NCBI GenBank assembly: GCA_002269645.1
Contig: NIVC01003507.1
Location: 30,404-94,403 of the forward strand
Length of the DNA: 64,000 nucleotides
Direction of reading: 5' to 3'
DNA from: Macrostomum lignano
Lineage: Eukaryota
The notes beneath the pieces are model-generated. The model searched no databases, was not told the DNA's origin, and saw only the letters and a program-made list of their open reading frames with translations. Within the stretch, counting starts at the first letter, position 1. Every line of letters begins with the position of its first letter. Positions 52,176-64,000 of this stretch are shown in pieces. The position numbers and the translations under genes are program-made.

Positions 52176-55100
52176 ATGGCCGCTGCTGTCGTCGCAGCCG
52201 CCGCCCGCCGCAGCTGCCAAACCACATCGAAGACGCCGCTTTGCATCGAGTTCTACGACTTCTGCCGCAAAGGCGATGTAAGCCAGGTTCAGTCCTACCT
52301 TAGTGAGGGCCTGCCTGCTGACTGGACTAATGAGAGAGATCGCAATAGGAGTTTGCTGATGGCCACAGCCTGGAAGGATAGCGAGGACGTCTGCCGGCTG
52401 CTCATTGAACAGAAAGCTCCCCTGGACCATCAAGATAGCTCGGGGCTCAGTGCGATGCACATCTGCGCCAAGCAGAATTCGATTCGCGTAGCCAAGTTAC
52501 TATTACAAGCCGGTGCCAACGTCAACTTGCTGGCTGAGAACGACATTACCGCGCTGATGATTTGTGCTGACTTGGGCCACACGGAGCTAGCCGAAGTGTT
52601 ATTAAAACAGCCGACAATCAATCTCGACCAGCAAAGCAGTCGCGGATTCACAGCTCTAATGAAGTCCGTGTTTGAGAACAGCGTTCAGCTAGCTCACCTG
52701 CTCATCGATCGTGGCGCCAAACTCGACCTGGCCTCTAATAGCGGCTTCACCGCGCTGCACCTATGCGCCCAGCTGGACAGGCGCGAGATCGCACAGCGCA
52801 TCCTGGCCAAGGCACCACCTGAGATGGTTAACCAGCCAACTAAGCCGGAGTTCAAAGGCAATACAGCGTTAATTTTAGCCTCGCTAAATGGCCACGTAAA
52901 GATGGTGCAGCTGCTGCACGAGAACGGTGCCGATCCTAATTTTGCCAATAGCGAGGGTTGCACAGCCTTGGACCAAGTGTCTGGCAGCGATTCGAAGGAG
53001 CTGCTGAAACTGCTGCAGAGCTGGAGTAGTCAGAGCAGGAAGTGAGTTTTGTTAGCGTTGATTTGATTGCATGGTACAAGTTTATTTTTAAGATAAGGCC
53101 GTATATATGAGACATATCTGCACTGCACCTAAAGTGCAGATGCTTGATTGCTGTGGAGAATTGTTAATTCTTTCGGGAGCAATCACTGGAGCAACAATTG
53201 ATTCTTTCAGTGGGCAATAATCGATTCTCTCGGTCGGTGGGCAATCACTGGAGCAACAATTGATTCTTTCAGTGGGCAATCATCGATTCTCTCGGTCGGT
53301 GGGCAATCACTGGAGCAACAATTGATTCTTTCAGTGGGCAATCATCGATTCTCTCGGTCGGTGGGCAATCACTGGAGCAACAATTGATTTTTGGTGGGCA
53401 TTTGCAGTGTGACCACACCTGCGTTATTTTATAGTTTTCTGCGCTATTTTTTTTCTGCTCAACTGCGCTACTATTTTGGTTTTACAGTTACTTTTTGATC
53501 ATTTCTGCGCTAAAAAAATTTTGAAACTATGAAGCTTCTTTTCTTGTCTTTTCTGCTCATTTTTTACTTAGAAAAGATCGGTAGTTGATCAGTAGTTGAA
53601 ACAAGAATGTGCATGCAAATGATTAACTTGCACTTGCACATGTATTTAGTTCAGACTGCATTGCTTCAGCCAAAAGCAATTTCTTCAGCCAAAAGCAATT
53701 TCACGAGCTTTTCTTTGCCTTCAAGTTCATCGTCATCAACTCAGGCTCAGCGTAATCAGTGATGCCAAGCACAAATCAGCGATGAAGCATCTCAAGCAGT
53801 CCAATTCTGGGCAACAGAGCCAAATAATAATTGTACATTTTTTCCTCTAATGAAGAATCTGCTTGAGACCCGGATGCTGACAAACTACAAAGAAGGATGC
53901 TTGTTCCGGTTCACAGATGAGCTGGCGAAGGTTATCCCTGTCGCCTCCCCGGACAGTGAAATTGCTGAAAACTATGCTTGCGCTAGGACGAAGACGAACT
54001 ACCTGATCTGCCTGTCGAGAATGCTACATCACTATGTATCCTAGCTTGCATCCATTATTTGGCTATTTTACTATTTTAGTTTCTGAAAAAGCACATATAG
54101 CCATTAAAACACTCCAGAATCCTGCTGCGCTATTTTTTACTGCTCTATTTTTTATAAATTCTTTGTGGTCACACTGGTGGGCAATCATAGATTCTTTTGG
54201 TGGGCAACCATTGGAGAAATAATTAACTCTTTTAATGGGCAATCTCGATTCTCTCACACAATAGAGATATACTCATACTGCGCTGCATATTTCCATCTTT
54301 TCTAGTAATAAAAACGACATGCTATATAAACACACTACTTTAAGCATACTTAATCACTTTGCAGCAAACCGACAGCACCGGCAGGCCTCAGCCTTGCCGA
54401 CGCCATTCGCAAAGACGATCTAGAAAGCGTGCGGAAGCTGGCGAAATCGGAGACAGTGACCAACGTAGATAGAACAACAGGCTGGACGCCTCTGATGCTG
54501 GCTGCCGGACTGGGCAAGACGGAGTCATTGAAAGTGGTACTTTCGCTAATCGGCACCAGTAGTAGTCTCGACTTTCATGTCAATAGACAGGCGGAAGACT
54601 CAACTAAAGCAACTGCCCTGCATGCCGCTGTCCAGTGCGGCAGTGAGCCCTGCGTCAAGTTGCTGTTGCAAGCTGGTGCCAGCCTGGCTGTGTTAGACGC
54701 CCAGGGTTCAACTCCGCTGTCCTTGTGCGCCGACCTGGGCTCGGCCACGGATGTCGCAGAGCTAATTATTGAACGAGCCAGCGCGGACGAATTGATGAAA
54801 CCAGGTGCTGACGGCCGGCTCTGTCCGGCCAATTTGGCCGCCGTCCGTGGCCATCTGGACGTGCTGCGCCTGATGCTCAATCGACTTCGTAAACTCGACG
54901 ATAATTCAAGTCGCCAAACATGGCTGCCACAGATTCTCGAAGAAGCCAAAGCGGCTTGGCAATTCGAAGCGGCAAATGCTGTGCTAGAGGAAATGTAAGA
55001 CCATAAATTGACTTTAATTGTCTAGTCTCTAGGCCCTTATGCGAAGCTAATTACGAGCTCGTACATGTACAAGAAATTGCCTCTAAAATGTAGCGACAAC

Positions 55101-57115
55101 GTGAAGTGAATAACTATATGTCATGCTATAAAGAAATGGAAATGTCTTGTGAGTAATAACTAAAAATGTAAGCTGTCAAGACTTTGGCTCCCATTAACGC
55201 TATCGCATTCCACTCTCGCACTTCTCCCAGGCCTAAAAACGCGAAGAACAATGAGGAGCTGACAACTGCCAGACTGTTTAAGGCAGCGATGGATGCCAAC
55301 CCGGAAAAGGTGAAGGAACTGCTCGATTCTAGCCAAGCGGTGCGAGATAGCATCAACAAACGAAGCCAACAGGATCCAGGATGGACCGCTTTGATGGCTA
55401 GCGCCTGGAATGATGATGAAAGTACTTGTAAGCTGCTGCTAGATCGAGGCGCGGATCCCAATGTCACGGAGCAAAAGCTTGGCATCACAGCGCTGCACAT
55501 CGCGGTGCAGCAGAACAGCCGTCGGGTTGCCAAAGTCCTCTTGGACCAGAAGTCCATCGGCCTCAATGCCAGGAGCAAAGACAATCGGACTCCGCTGATT
55601 CGAGCAGCTTGGCTTAACCATATGGACATCGCCAAGCAACTGTTAGACCGGCATGCCAGCGTCAACGCCCAAGAAATTGATGGATTCAGCGCGCTGCACT
55701 TTTGCGCCCAAGAAAATCTGCTGGAGCTAGCGAAACTGTTGATCAGTCACGATGCCGACCTGGAACTGCAGACAAGCTCTAAGAAGAACTGCAACACCGC
55801 TTTCACCCTAGCCGCGGTAAAGGGCCACACGGACATGCTGGAACTGCTAGCCAATGTTGGGGCCGATATCTACTACAAGAGCTCGCAGGGCGACGCCATG
55901 GATCTGGCCAAGCGGGCGAAGAGAACCGCGGCTATTGAGATGCTGGTCAAGCTCGACAGGCAGCGAAAATGCAGCTGGGAGGCCGCTACGGCGCCAATAC
56001 CGTCAAGGTTAGATAGCTTTTACAAACGAGGAGACTACCTCGTTGCTCATTCATTTTTAGATTTTTATGCAATCCAGCTCGTATCGTGAGGTCATATTTT
56101 CTCAGTTTTATAAGAAATAAATTTTGCTTGGCTGAATTTTTAAAATCTTCCTCATTATCTGTATCTCTGTCTAATTTTTTACAGCAGCACCACCAGCAAT
56201 GAGACAGCAGGAGTCAAGATGCAGCTTGACGCTGGGAGTGCTCAGGTAGCTGAAGTACCTTCAGTGGAGATGGACAGTTCGAACTTGAACTCCAGTGTTG
56301 TGCCGCCTATATGCGGCTACCAGTACTGCATGCGCTCCAATCCGCGTGGAATGTGCGTCATCATCAACAATGAGCAGTTCTCAGGCGAATGTGAATCTCG
56401 ACCCGGCTCAAGGAAAGATGTAGCCAGTCTGGAGCGACTGTTTAAGGACACACTCAAGTTTCGGGTTCAAGTCCACCAGAATCTGGACGCGTGCGACATT
56501 CTCGCCCTGATGCGATCGCTAGCTGCCCGCGATCGTCACACGAAATTTGACTGTTTCGTTGCTTTCATCATGTCGCACGGTGAATACGACCGCGTTCTTG
56601 GCTGCGACGGCGAGTGGGTCGCCCTAGATGACATGTTCGCGCCATTCTACTGCTGTGACTCTCTGCAGCAGAAGCCGAAGCTGTTCTTCCTACAGGCCTG
56701 TCGGCCTCTCGGCGTCGGCGCCAGCGTGACAGCCGAGTCAAACGTCGACCAGCCGGTGTCGTCTGTTGGAAGCAACAACAGCAGTCCAAGCAATTTCGAT
56801 GCCTCCAACAGGCGGTTAAACAGACAACTCTCCGAGAAGCTTGACTTTCTATTTGCCTACTCGGTGACTAGGGGTGACTACGCTCTGAGATGCCCGACGA
56901 CAGGAAGTATTTACATACAAAAATTGTGCGAAGTGTTCAGAGAAAACTACAAGACTCATCACCTCTGCACTATGCTTAATATGGTGCGCCAAACGCTGGG
57001 TCGCCTCCCGATGTACGTCAATCAGCAACCCCAGGAGCCCATGTTTAACTTGCCATCCGAGACCACGCAGCTGCGGGGCGAAGTCTGGTTTAAGGATCTG
57101 GAGAACGACCAATAG
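52176..57115 (+). CDS. Ankyrin-repeat caspase: exons 52176-53041, 54365-54994, 55231-56007, 56185-57115; 1067 aa
   Basis: Three ANK exons (~15 TALH/TPL-type repeats plus caps) and a p20/p10 caspase exon (IINNEQF, IMSHG, KPKLFFLQACRP, GSIYIQ). Donors AA|GTGAGT, AT|GTAAGA and AG|GTTAGA pair with phase-2 acceptors. Exons total 3204 nt and stay open. Confidence 0.85.
53170..53400. repeat. 62-bp minisatellite in ANK-caspase intron 1; degenerate relative at ~54170-54260
   Basis: About 3.5 copies of gggcaatcactggagcaacaattgattctttcagtgggcaatcatcgattctctcggtcggt. Confidence 0.85.
53850..54030 (+). pseudogene. hAT-like transposase fragment in ANK-caspase intron 1
   Basis: DELAKVIP..SPDSEIAENYACARTK resembles the PDS.IA....C.RTK motif of hAT-related transposases (from memory, not searched). 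Confidence 0.45.
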
Positions 57116-57464
57116 CAGCTCTAATTGTCTGGAGTTCCAGGATGATATCACTTTAAACAACAGTCTGAAGTTTGTGTGGGGTTTGTGTTCTTTTAAACAT
57201 ACCGAATTTCATGCAGTTCCGTTCCGCTAAAATCACGTGAATAATTTTTACAATAGCAATGGCCAACCAAATATTGATTGATATATATTGCCAATTGTAC
57301 AAAATCTTAATTCAACTTTTTTACTCAAGCTTCATCTGAATGTCAAATTACTCGTATATGGTGCTATTCACAGTAATATTTTATAGTTTAATAGTAATAA
57401 TAATATAATTGATTACACCTGCCTCAATTTGGCCAGATGTGCAACCGAGAGCTCATTGCAGCTG

Positions 57465-57706
57465 CTATATTGCGCGGCGCATCTGAAGGCTAAGTACGTC
57501 TGTTCAGTCCAAGGACTGGGGGTCGTCACACACACCCTCAATTACCCCAGCTAATGCTGGCACCCATTTTACAGCTGGGTGAACTGAAGCAATGCAGAGT
57601 TAAGTGTCTTGCTCAAGGACACAAATTGTTCCGAGTGGGATCGGGAATCGAACCCCCGACCTTCAAGTCGGAAGTCCGACGCTCCAACCAATAGGCTACA
57701 ATCTCC
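57465..57706 (-). mobile_element. tRNA-derived SINE with a V-SINE-like central domain
   Basis: Minus strand has an A box TAGCCTATTGG and B box GGTTCGATTCC, then gtgtccttgagcaagacacttaac and cacccagctgtaaaatggg. Confidence 0.7.
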
Positions 57707-58294
57707 TTAATTCTGTAGCTCGGGTGGATCGGGTGGCAGGTGACTCGCTGCCTGCAGCAGCTCAAGGGGCGGCTCAACAGCGTGGAGCAGCAGAAAGACC
57801 TCATTGACAGTAGTCGCCAGCGATGTCGGAACATACTTCAAAGTGGGGAGCTATTGGTGGGAGGGCACATTGCACATGATTTTTTTAATCTAAGAACACC
57901 CAAACTCCTGCTGTTATGTCAGTTTGTGACATTAGTTGTGACAACCAGACCAATATTCAATTCTGTGTTGGAAGTGGCCAAAAGTCTGAAAAATGTTCGA
58001 ATTTTCAACTAATTCAAACATTGCGCAACTGCACTGCACTATCAATTTATTTAGCAAATATCTCAAATGAATGAAATTTGCCAGGGCAAGACCAGTAGTT
58101 TTCTGGATCTCTTGCCTGCCTCCTGCCTGGCTGCCTGCCTCTTGGCGTTGTCTTTTTATTATTTTATCTGACGGCATTTCAGTGCTTTTATTTGCAGTAC
58201 CCTGAGGACCAAATGTGGCCCGAAAAGCCTCTCTATCCGGCACTTGGGTCCTTTGAATCTTCACAATAGCAATCCTGCCCGCTCGATGTTTGTG

Positions 58295-58559
58295 TCTTCT
58301 CAGCTCTCTTCTCTCATCTCTCTTCCCATGTTCTCCTGTTCTCTCCTCTCCTGTCCTCACCTCTCTCCTCTACTCTCCTCTCCTCTCATCTTCTCACCTC
58401 TCTCCTCTCCTTTCCTCTCATCTCCTCACCTCTCTCCTCTCCTCGCCTCTCCTCTCCTCACCTCTCTCCTCTCCTCTCATCTCCTCTCCTCTCCTCTCCT
58501 CTCATCTCACCTCTCTCCTCTCCTGTTGATCATCTCAAGATATATAGATATAGATAGAT

Positions 58560-58612
<53 letters not shown>

Positions 58613-58621
58613 ATAGATAGG

Positions 58622-58656
<35 letters not shown>

Positions 58657-58665
58657 ATAGATAGG

Positions 58666-58731
<66 letters not shown>

Positions 58732-58732
58732 T
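58295..58732. repeat. CT-rich simple repeat (58295-58525) followed by (GATA)n (58545-58732)
   Basis: Direct reading of the sequence. Confidence 0.95.
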
Positions 58733-59546
58733 TACATATAAGTGCATATATACTAGTCCTTGTCCATAACTTGGAGTCTATTTCGTATCAATCCGGATAT
58801 TAACTTTTCTATGAAATTCTTTATTTTTAATAAGTAAAAAATTTTTTTCGCTTAAGACACAAAATGGAAACTGTTTATTAGCCGGTATAACTCGACCTGT
58901 ATTTAGCTTGCAATCACTTAGATTCATAAACTTATTAGAATTTGAGTTTGTAAACACCTTTTGTTAAAACGTTTGGTTTGAGCTTTTCGTACAGTCAGTA
59001 TGAATTAACAACTAGTAGAGAAAATTTAACAGCTAATATTCGGATACGTAATTGTGAACACAGTGGCTATTCGCATGGTAGTCCTCATTGCTCTATTCTA
59101 ATGTAAAAACGGTTTCATTAAAACAAAAGTTAGTCTAAATCCTTGAAGCCGCTTAATTACTTGAATGTTATTTTTTTCAAATACAAAAAATTCACTAGTT
59201 TCTCAAATTAGGTATTTTTAATATGCTAAGTTATGTAGTTCGTAATTGAATGTCTACAATTTTTAATGCGAATTTTCTTCGGTTGTAGGACTACCGTACG
59301 AATATTCACAATCTTGAGTGAAACAGCATGATAAAAATATTAATAAAACGTTTAAAATAATAAAAATATGGCTCATAGGAAAGTAAGGGATAGTAATTTC
59401 AATATTATATTAACTGACGAAGAAGTGCATTTTGATTCTGCAAAATTGATTTCTTTTCGTATCACCGATTTTAACTGTGAGCGTTTTCATAAATCTTTAA
59501 AAAGTTGTTGCTACTTGAACAATCACCATAAATCAATCCGAGACAG

Positions 59547-62500
59547 CTAGTTCTTCTTAGCCACGGACTTGGTCGAGTCTCGCAGTTTCCTGCGACTCCC
59601 ATAATTGCCTTCGTTTTCGCATTTTGGCGTCGGCGTGCTCACTTCGTCGCGGCCCGGCCTTGGGAAATTGTGATAGACGGGCACCTCGGCGGATGACGGA
59701 CCATCGCCCGCGGTCCACTGGTCATAGCCTGTCGTGTTGTCTCTCATTATGTCTTGAATTCCGACTACGCTGACGTTGGACGAATTTAGATCCACTCTAG
59801 TGTGCCTGTTAACAGTGCCGCAGCACAGCATCGCTATGGCAGCCCCTCGGAACTCCCAGTTTAGCAAGCCGAGACAGAGTAGGACAAAGAATCCTTGACA
59901 AGCGTTCAGAATGACGAAAACGTACTGCACGGGTAGGGTGTACCATAGAGTCTGCGGAACAGCGAACAGCCAGGCGGCGGTCAGTAGTGGCGCCAGCAAG
60001 GCGCACTCGTGCGACTGGTGCTTAAGCTCGGTTTGAATATCGCGTCGCTTGATAGCCTGCTGGCTGAGGTTGCACAAGACTATCAGAGTGACCAAAATTG
60101 ACAGTAGGCCAAACAGTAGCAGCGGTCCCAGGAATGACCAAATATAGATACCATCCAGCCAGCACTGGGGGCCGTAGCCAAACGACTGAAAGTTGACCCC
60201 GGCGACAACGGCCACAATAACCACGGGAAGGATCCATGCTATTGGAAGAAGCCATTTCAATCGACCGATAATGACGCCTTTGACTACAGCGTGGAACAGC
60301 CAAATTGATGCGGCTAGCAGCATCGCTAGGCCAGCGACAAAGAACAGATGCATAACAATAGAAACCGCCTTGCAAAATTCGTCGCTTTGTTTTGCTATTC
60401 CAGTCAGTAGAAAGCTTAGCTGACCAATGAAAATTGCTCCGGCAAGGTTCAGATACAGAATGTACAGTTCATTGTGCAGCTTTTTGTCGCGAGCAACAAT
60501 TATTATAAAGAAGATCAGACACAAGAGCGAAATTCCCGTGAGAATGTACTTCAAGTAAGCTAGAATTATCTCGTGTATGTTGTTGTCGTATTCAGGCGCA
60601 GGTTGCATCAGCACTGCAAAGCTAGTCAGGTGGTTACAGCTGCATGTTACGCTTTTCTCGTCCTCGTACAGCTTGACACAGCCTTCGGTTGACCACATGC
60701 CTCTGCCGAAGGCTGAGCCACTAGCCTTTCTTGGGTCCCAGAAGACGCATCGAGTTTCAAGCTGCATTTCTTCTTTATTAATTTGACTTTTTATGTTAGG
60801 CACAAACAATTGTAGAGTTAAATTTACAGGCTGCTCCATTTTCCTTGTCATTGCAACGGGAATGCTAGTTTTAATGGATACTACTCGACTGTTGACGGCT
60901 AGCACAATGCTACCGTTTGTAGCACTAGATAAGACGGTTTCATTCGTAGCAACGTTAGGGAGCAGGTCGCTAACCTGATTATAAACAACGCAGGCAACTT
61001 TGACTTCAGTTCCAGCCTGTGTTAGACTAGTAAATAAGCTGATAGGAAGGAGCACGGTGTCGGTTGACTGCATCCACAGGCTGTGGGTTTGTTCCGTATA
61101 GCGCAGTGCGTCAACTGGGCGATCAATGCAGCTCGAGCTAATTAGTTGAGTGCTCCAGTGCATCAGACCCTGTGTAAAGGTCACAGAAGAGCAGGCGGTG
61201 GGCAGCTGGCCAGCGAGACGGAGTGCCAGAGACTCGATTGGGCCAAGCATCGCTGCTGGATTGAGCTTTCCAGAGTTGATCTGAGGTCGGAGTTGGTCCG
61301 CAAACTTTTTCTGCATCACGGCACTGAATGCTCGACTAAATGAGCGCAAACTAGTGGCCAATGACTCGTTGCTGGTTCCGTCTGATTTTACTTTTAAGTT
61401 TGCCGTAATGCGACTCAGAATATCAAACGCTGACTGAGCGAATTCGACACTCGTTCCTTTGGCATCCGCAGTACCAGCTATCACTTCGCAAGCGGAATCG
61501 GCCTCAGACTGGACTGAAAACCTACGACTTGAGTTGGCAATACTTGCTATATTGTCAAATTTATCGTCTTGGCATATTCCATAGATGTAAACGCTTTGAC
61601 AGCTGCCCACAATGCAGGTTGTAAGCAGGCTATCCAGTTCAGAGGCGCAGTTACCTGTAAGCAGCTTCTTGTTCTTGGGCGGGTCCAGGCAATCAATCGG
61701 CGGTTCGTTCCAAAATACCAGATCGCTCATCAGCATAACTGCAGAAGGTGAGCCAAGCACAGCATTTGAAACTGTGGATGGCGCTAAATTCTCGCTACTG
61801 AACTGAGTCGACGCCACGACTTGGACGCCATTCAAATAGAGTTCGACGACTGCCTTAGTAACACTAACTGCCAAGTTGAACCAGGATCTAGTATGAATCT
61901 GCTGCTCAATAGAGCTGTCTCCAAGAGTGACTTGAGAAAGTTTTCCTGCAATACTCAGCTCCACACTAATTTTCACGATGTTTGAAGAAGCGGATTTCTT
62001 CTTTGCTCGAATGCGCAGCCCTTGGTTAGATGGATAGCCGGCCCGAAGAACATCCACGTACTCTTCCGTACCGATGGATTGAATCTGCAGCCAGAGCGAT
62101 ATTGTGAAGCCTTTAGGACAACCGGATCCAGAGAAGAGGCACACTTCAGTGCCCAAGTCAACAGATTCGGCTGCAACGAAGCGTCTACTTCGATTGGCTT
62201 TATTTGCGTGGTTACTGTTTCCGCAGAATGCATGGGAACATGAATGGTTTGCCTATCGTAGCAATTTGCGTCAAGATCTGTGGAAAGCTCGTCTGCACTG
62301 CCTAACGGCAAGTACTTCAGCATGATATCGCTAAAACAAGCGGCCGCTGCGTTTTTACTCTTGTCATTGGGTCGGCCTAACAAGCCCGCTGTGTAGTTAC
62401 CAATGTCATTATCTTCATTCCAACACAAAGTGCTTGCGTTTTCAAAATATGTAATAATGTAGTCATCGGCTTTAAGTAGTATACTGGCACTGGCGTACCA

Positions 62501-64000
62501 GAATACCTGCAGTGACACCCAGGTTGAGTAGTTAAATGGCGCCGAGGCTGTACAAGTTCTGTTAGGACTGCGAACTGTGACTTGAACAAAAGCATCGCGA
62601 GTCAAGGCCACCGCTGTACCAATCGAGCCCGGGTTCTGACCACCTGTGCTAAATAGGTAAGCGTATCTTCAGTTTTTGGCATAGTTGGCTTCATTACTAG
62701 CGTTAAAATGTACGACTTGCAATTCGAGGTATTGTAAAGACAGCTGTCTTGCGAGTTCTCCATAATAACATATGAGCCTCCTGTGCCAAGGGTGCACAGA
62801 GCTCCGTTTTCAGTGCCGTATTTGTCCGGGCCAAAGTCTGTGTTAACACCGTGCAAAGATTTTGGCTGGAGCTTTGACCACAGACCCGCGACTGTCCAGT
62901 AGTCGTCAGCCAGGCGCAGAAGATCGTACTGGCTGCTTTGAATACCAAGAACGAGATTGCTTTGACTGCTCGTCAGGAGCTCCTTGTACCAGGCAGCAAC
63001 TATAAACAGCAAGAATGAATCTCCTAGAGCGGCTGACGGATCCACCAATTTTCCACAGTTAGTGCTCCAGCTGCAGTGCTGTCTCTGAACGTCCCACCAG
63101 ATTCTCTGTACTCAAGACTGATGCTCACATTAGTACCATTAAGAATAATTGTAGGAAAGAAATTATCCTTTGAGAGAAGCAGAGCTACATTAGACCACCG
63201 ATTGAGGCGCATCTTTACGTTGGATTTGGTCACCATTTTAGCAGTCCAGCCGGCTAGTTTGACCCAAGCTGCTAAGCTACATCAGCGCTGATGTTCATTC
63301 CGAATCCTTCAAACGGATCGGCTTCATTGCCCATTGAAATTATTGTTAGGTCCGCTCCACTGTCCTTGCTGAGAAGCTTCATCCACAGAGTTACAATTAC
63401 TTGTTTCCTGCAGGAGCTCAATCGCCTTGGGCATTCTTCGGCCCGGAATGCTTTAATGCCGACCTGTCCGTTGGTTCCGATCTTAGAGAACTTGGCTTCA
63501 TAGCTGCTGACATTGCCAACTGGACCGATCGGCGTCGAGAGCAGTTTAGCCTGCTTTAACAGAAGGAATTCGGTGTCTATGATCGCTTGGCCCCACGAAA
63601 TCAAGTCAGAATCAATGTAGTAGCGGTTATTTAAGCTGCCAACAGACATTGCGAACTCCTCCGGGGTCATCCACCTGTCGTAGAAGACTATATCAGTAAA
63701 TGAAAATTGCCCATAAACCAGTCAGGATTGTCCTTCCAAGTGCTGTTCTGATCGTTGTCAAACCTGCCAACACAGCTCGGATGTGCTTATCGTAAGCCTT
63801 GTAACTGATGTCTGGCTGCAAATTGCGAATGCCGTAATCAGTACCATTTAAAAAGAACCGCATGCCCTGCTGTAAGTTCCAAGTAAAGCCAACATTGAAC
63901 CACTCGTTCAAACCGAATCGATTGGCGTCGATTACAATAGTCCAATCTTGCTGTCAATAGAGATTGACGCGCCTAGCAGATTGCCTGTGGTAAATATGCT
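59547..64000 (-). CDS. Adhesion GPCR (LamG/pentraxin-like repeats + GAIN/GPS + 7TM, ADGRD/GPR133-like); continuous ORF 62156-59547, upstream part frameshifted, extends beyond the window
   Basis: GPS CVFW...WSTEGC...CSCNHLTSFAVLM with an intact HL|T motif, secretin-type 7TM helices, and repeated C..C..T.SLW modules in the upstream frames. Confidence 0.85.

Noticed and set aside
53850-54044. Small ORF as an additional exon of the ANK-caspase
   Set aside because: It resembles a hAT transposase fragment and is not needed to keep the frame between exons 1 and 2.

Overview
This is eukaryotic (metazoan) genomic DNA, not prokaryotic. It has GC-rich exons, GT-AG introns and introns packed with mini/microsatellites; the style resembles a free-living flatworm such as Macrostomum (inference only). 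Plus strand: 3' end of an importin-7/8 gene, a complete 4-exon EED/esc gene, a 3-exon SEC22B gene whose last codons are interrupted by an intact mariner, an 8-exon AAK1/BMP2K (NAK) kinase, a class A GPCR and a secreted Gly/Ser/Tyr repeat protein. The stand-out is that four separately listed ORFs (52176-57115) join through three phase-2 introns into one ~1067-aa polyankyrin-caspase. Minus strand: a divergent Cys-loop channel and an adhesion GPCR whose 5' part is frameshifted. Mobile DNA includes a Tc1 IR/DR element inserted in a LINE, a TRIM-like mini LTR element, a solo LTR, hAT-like MITEs and a tRNA-derived SINE. All exon boundaries, alignments and counts were made by eye; no searches were run.
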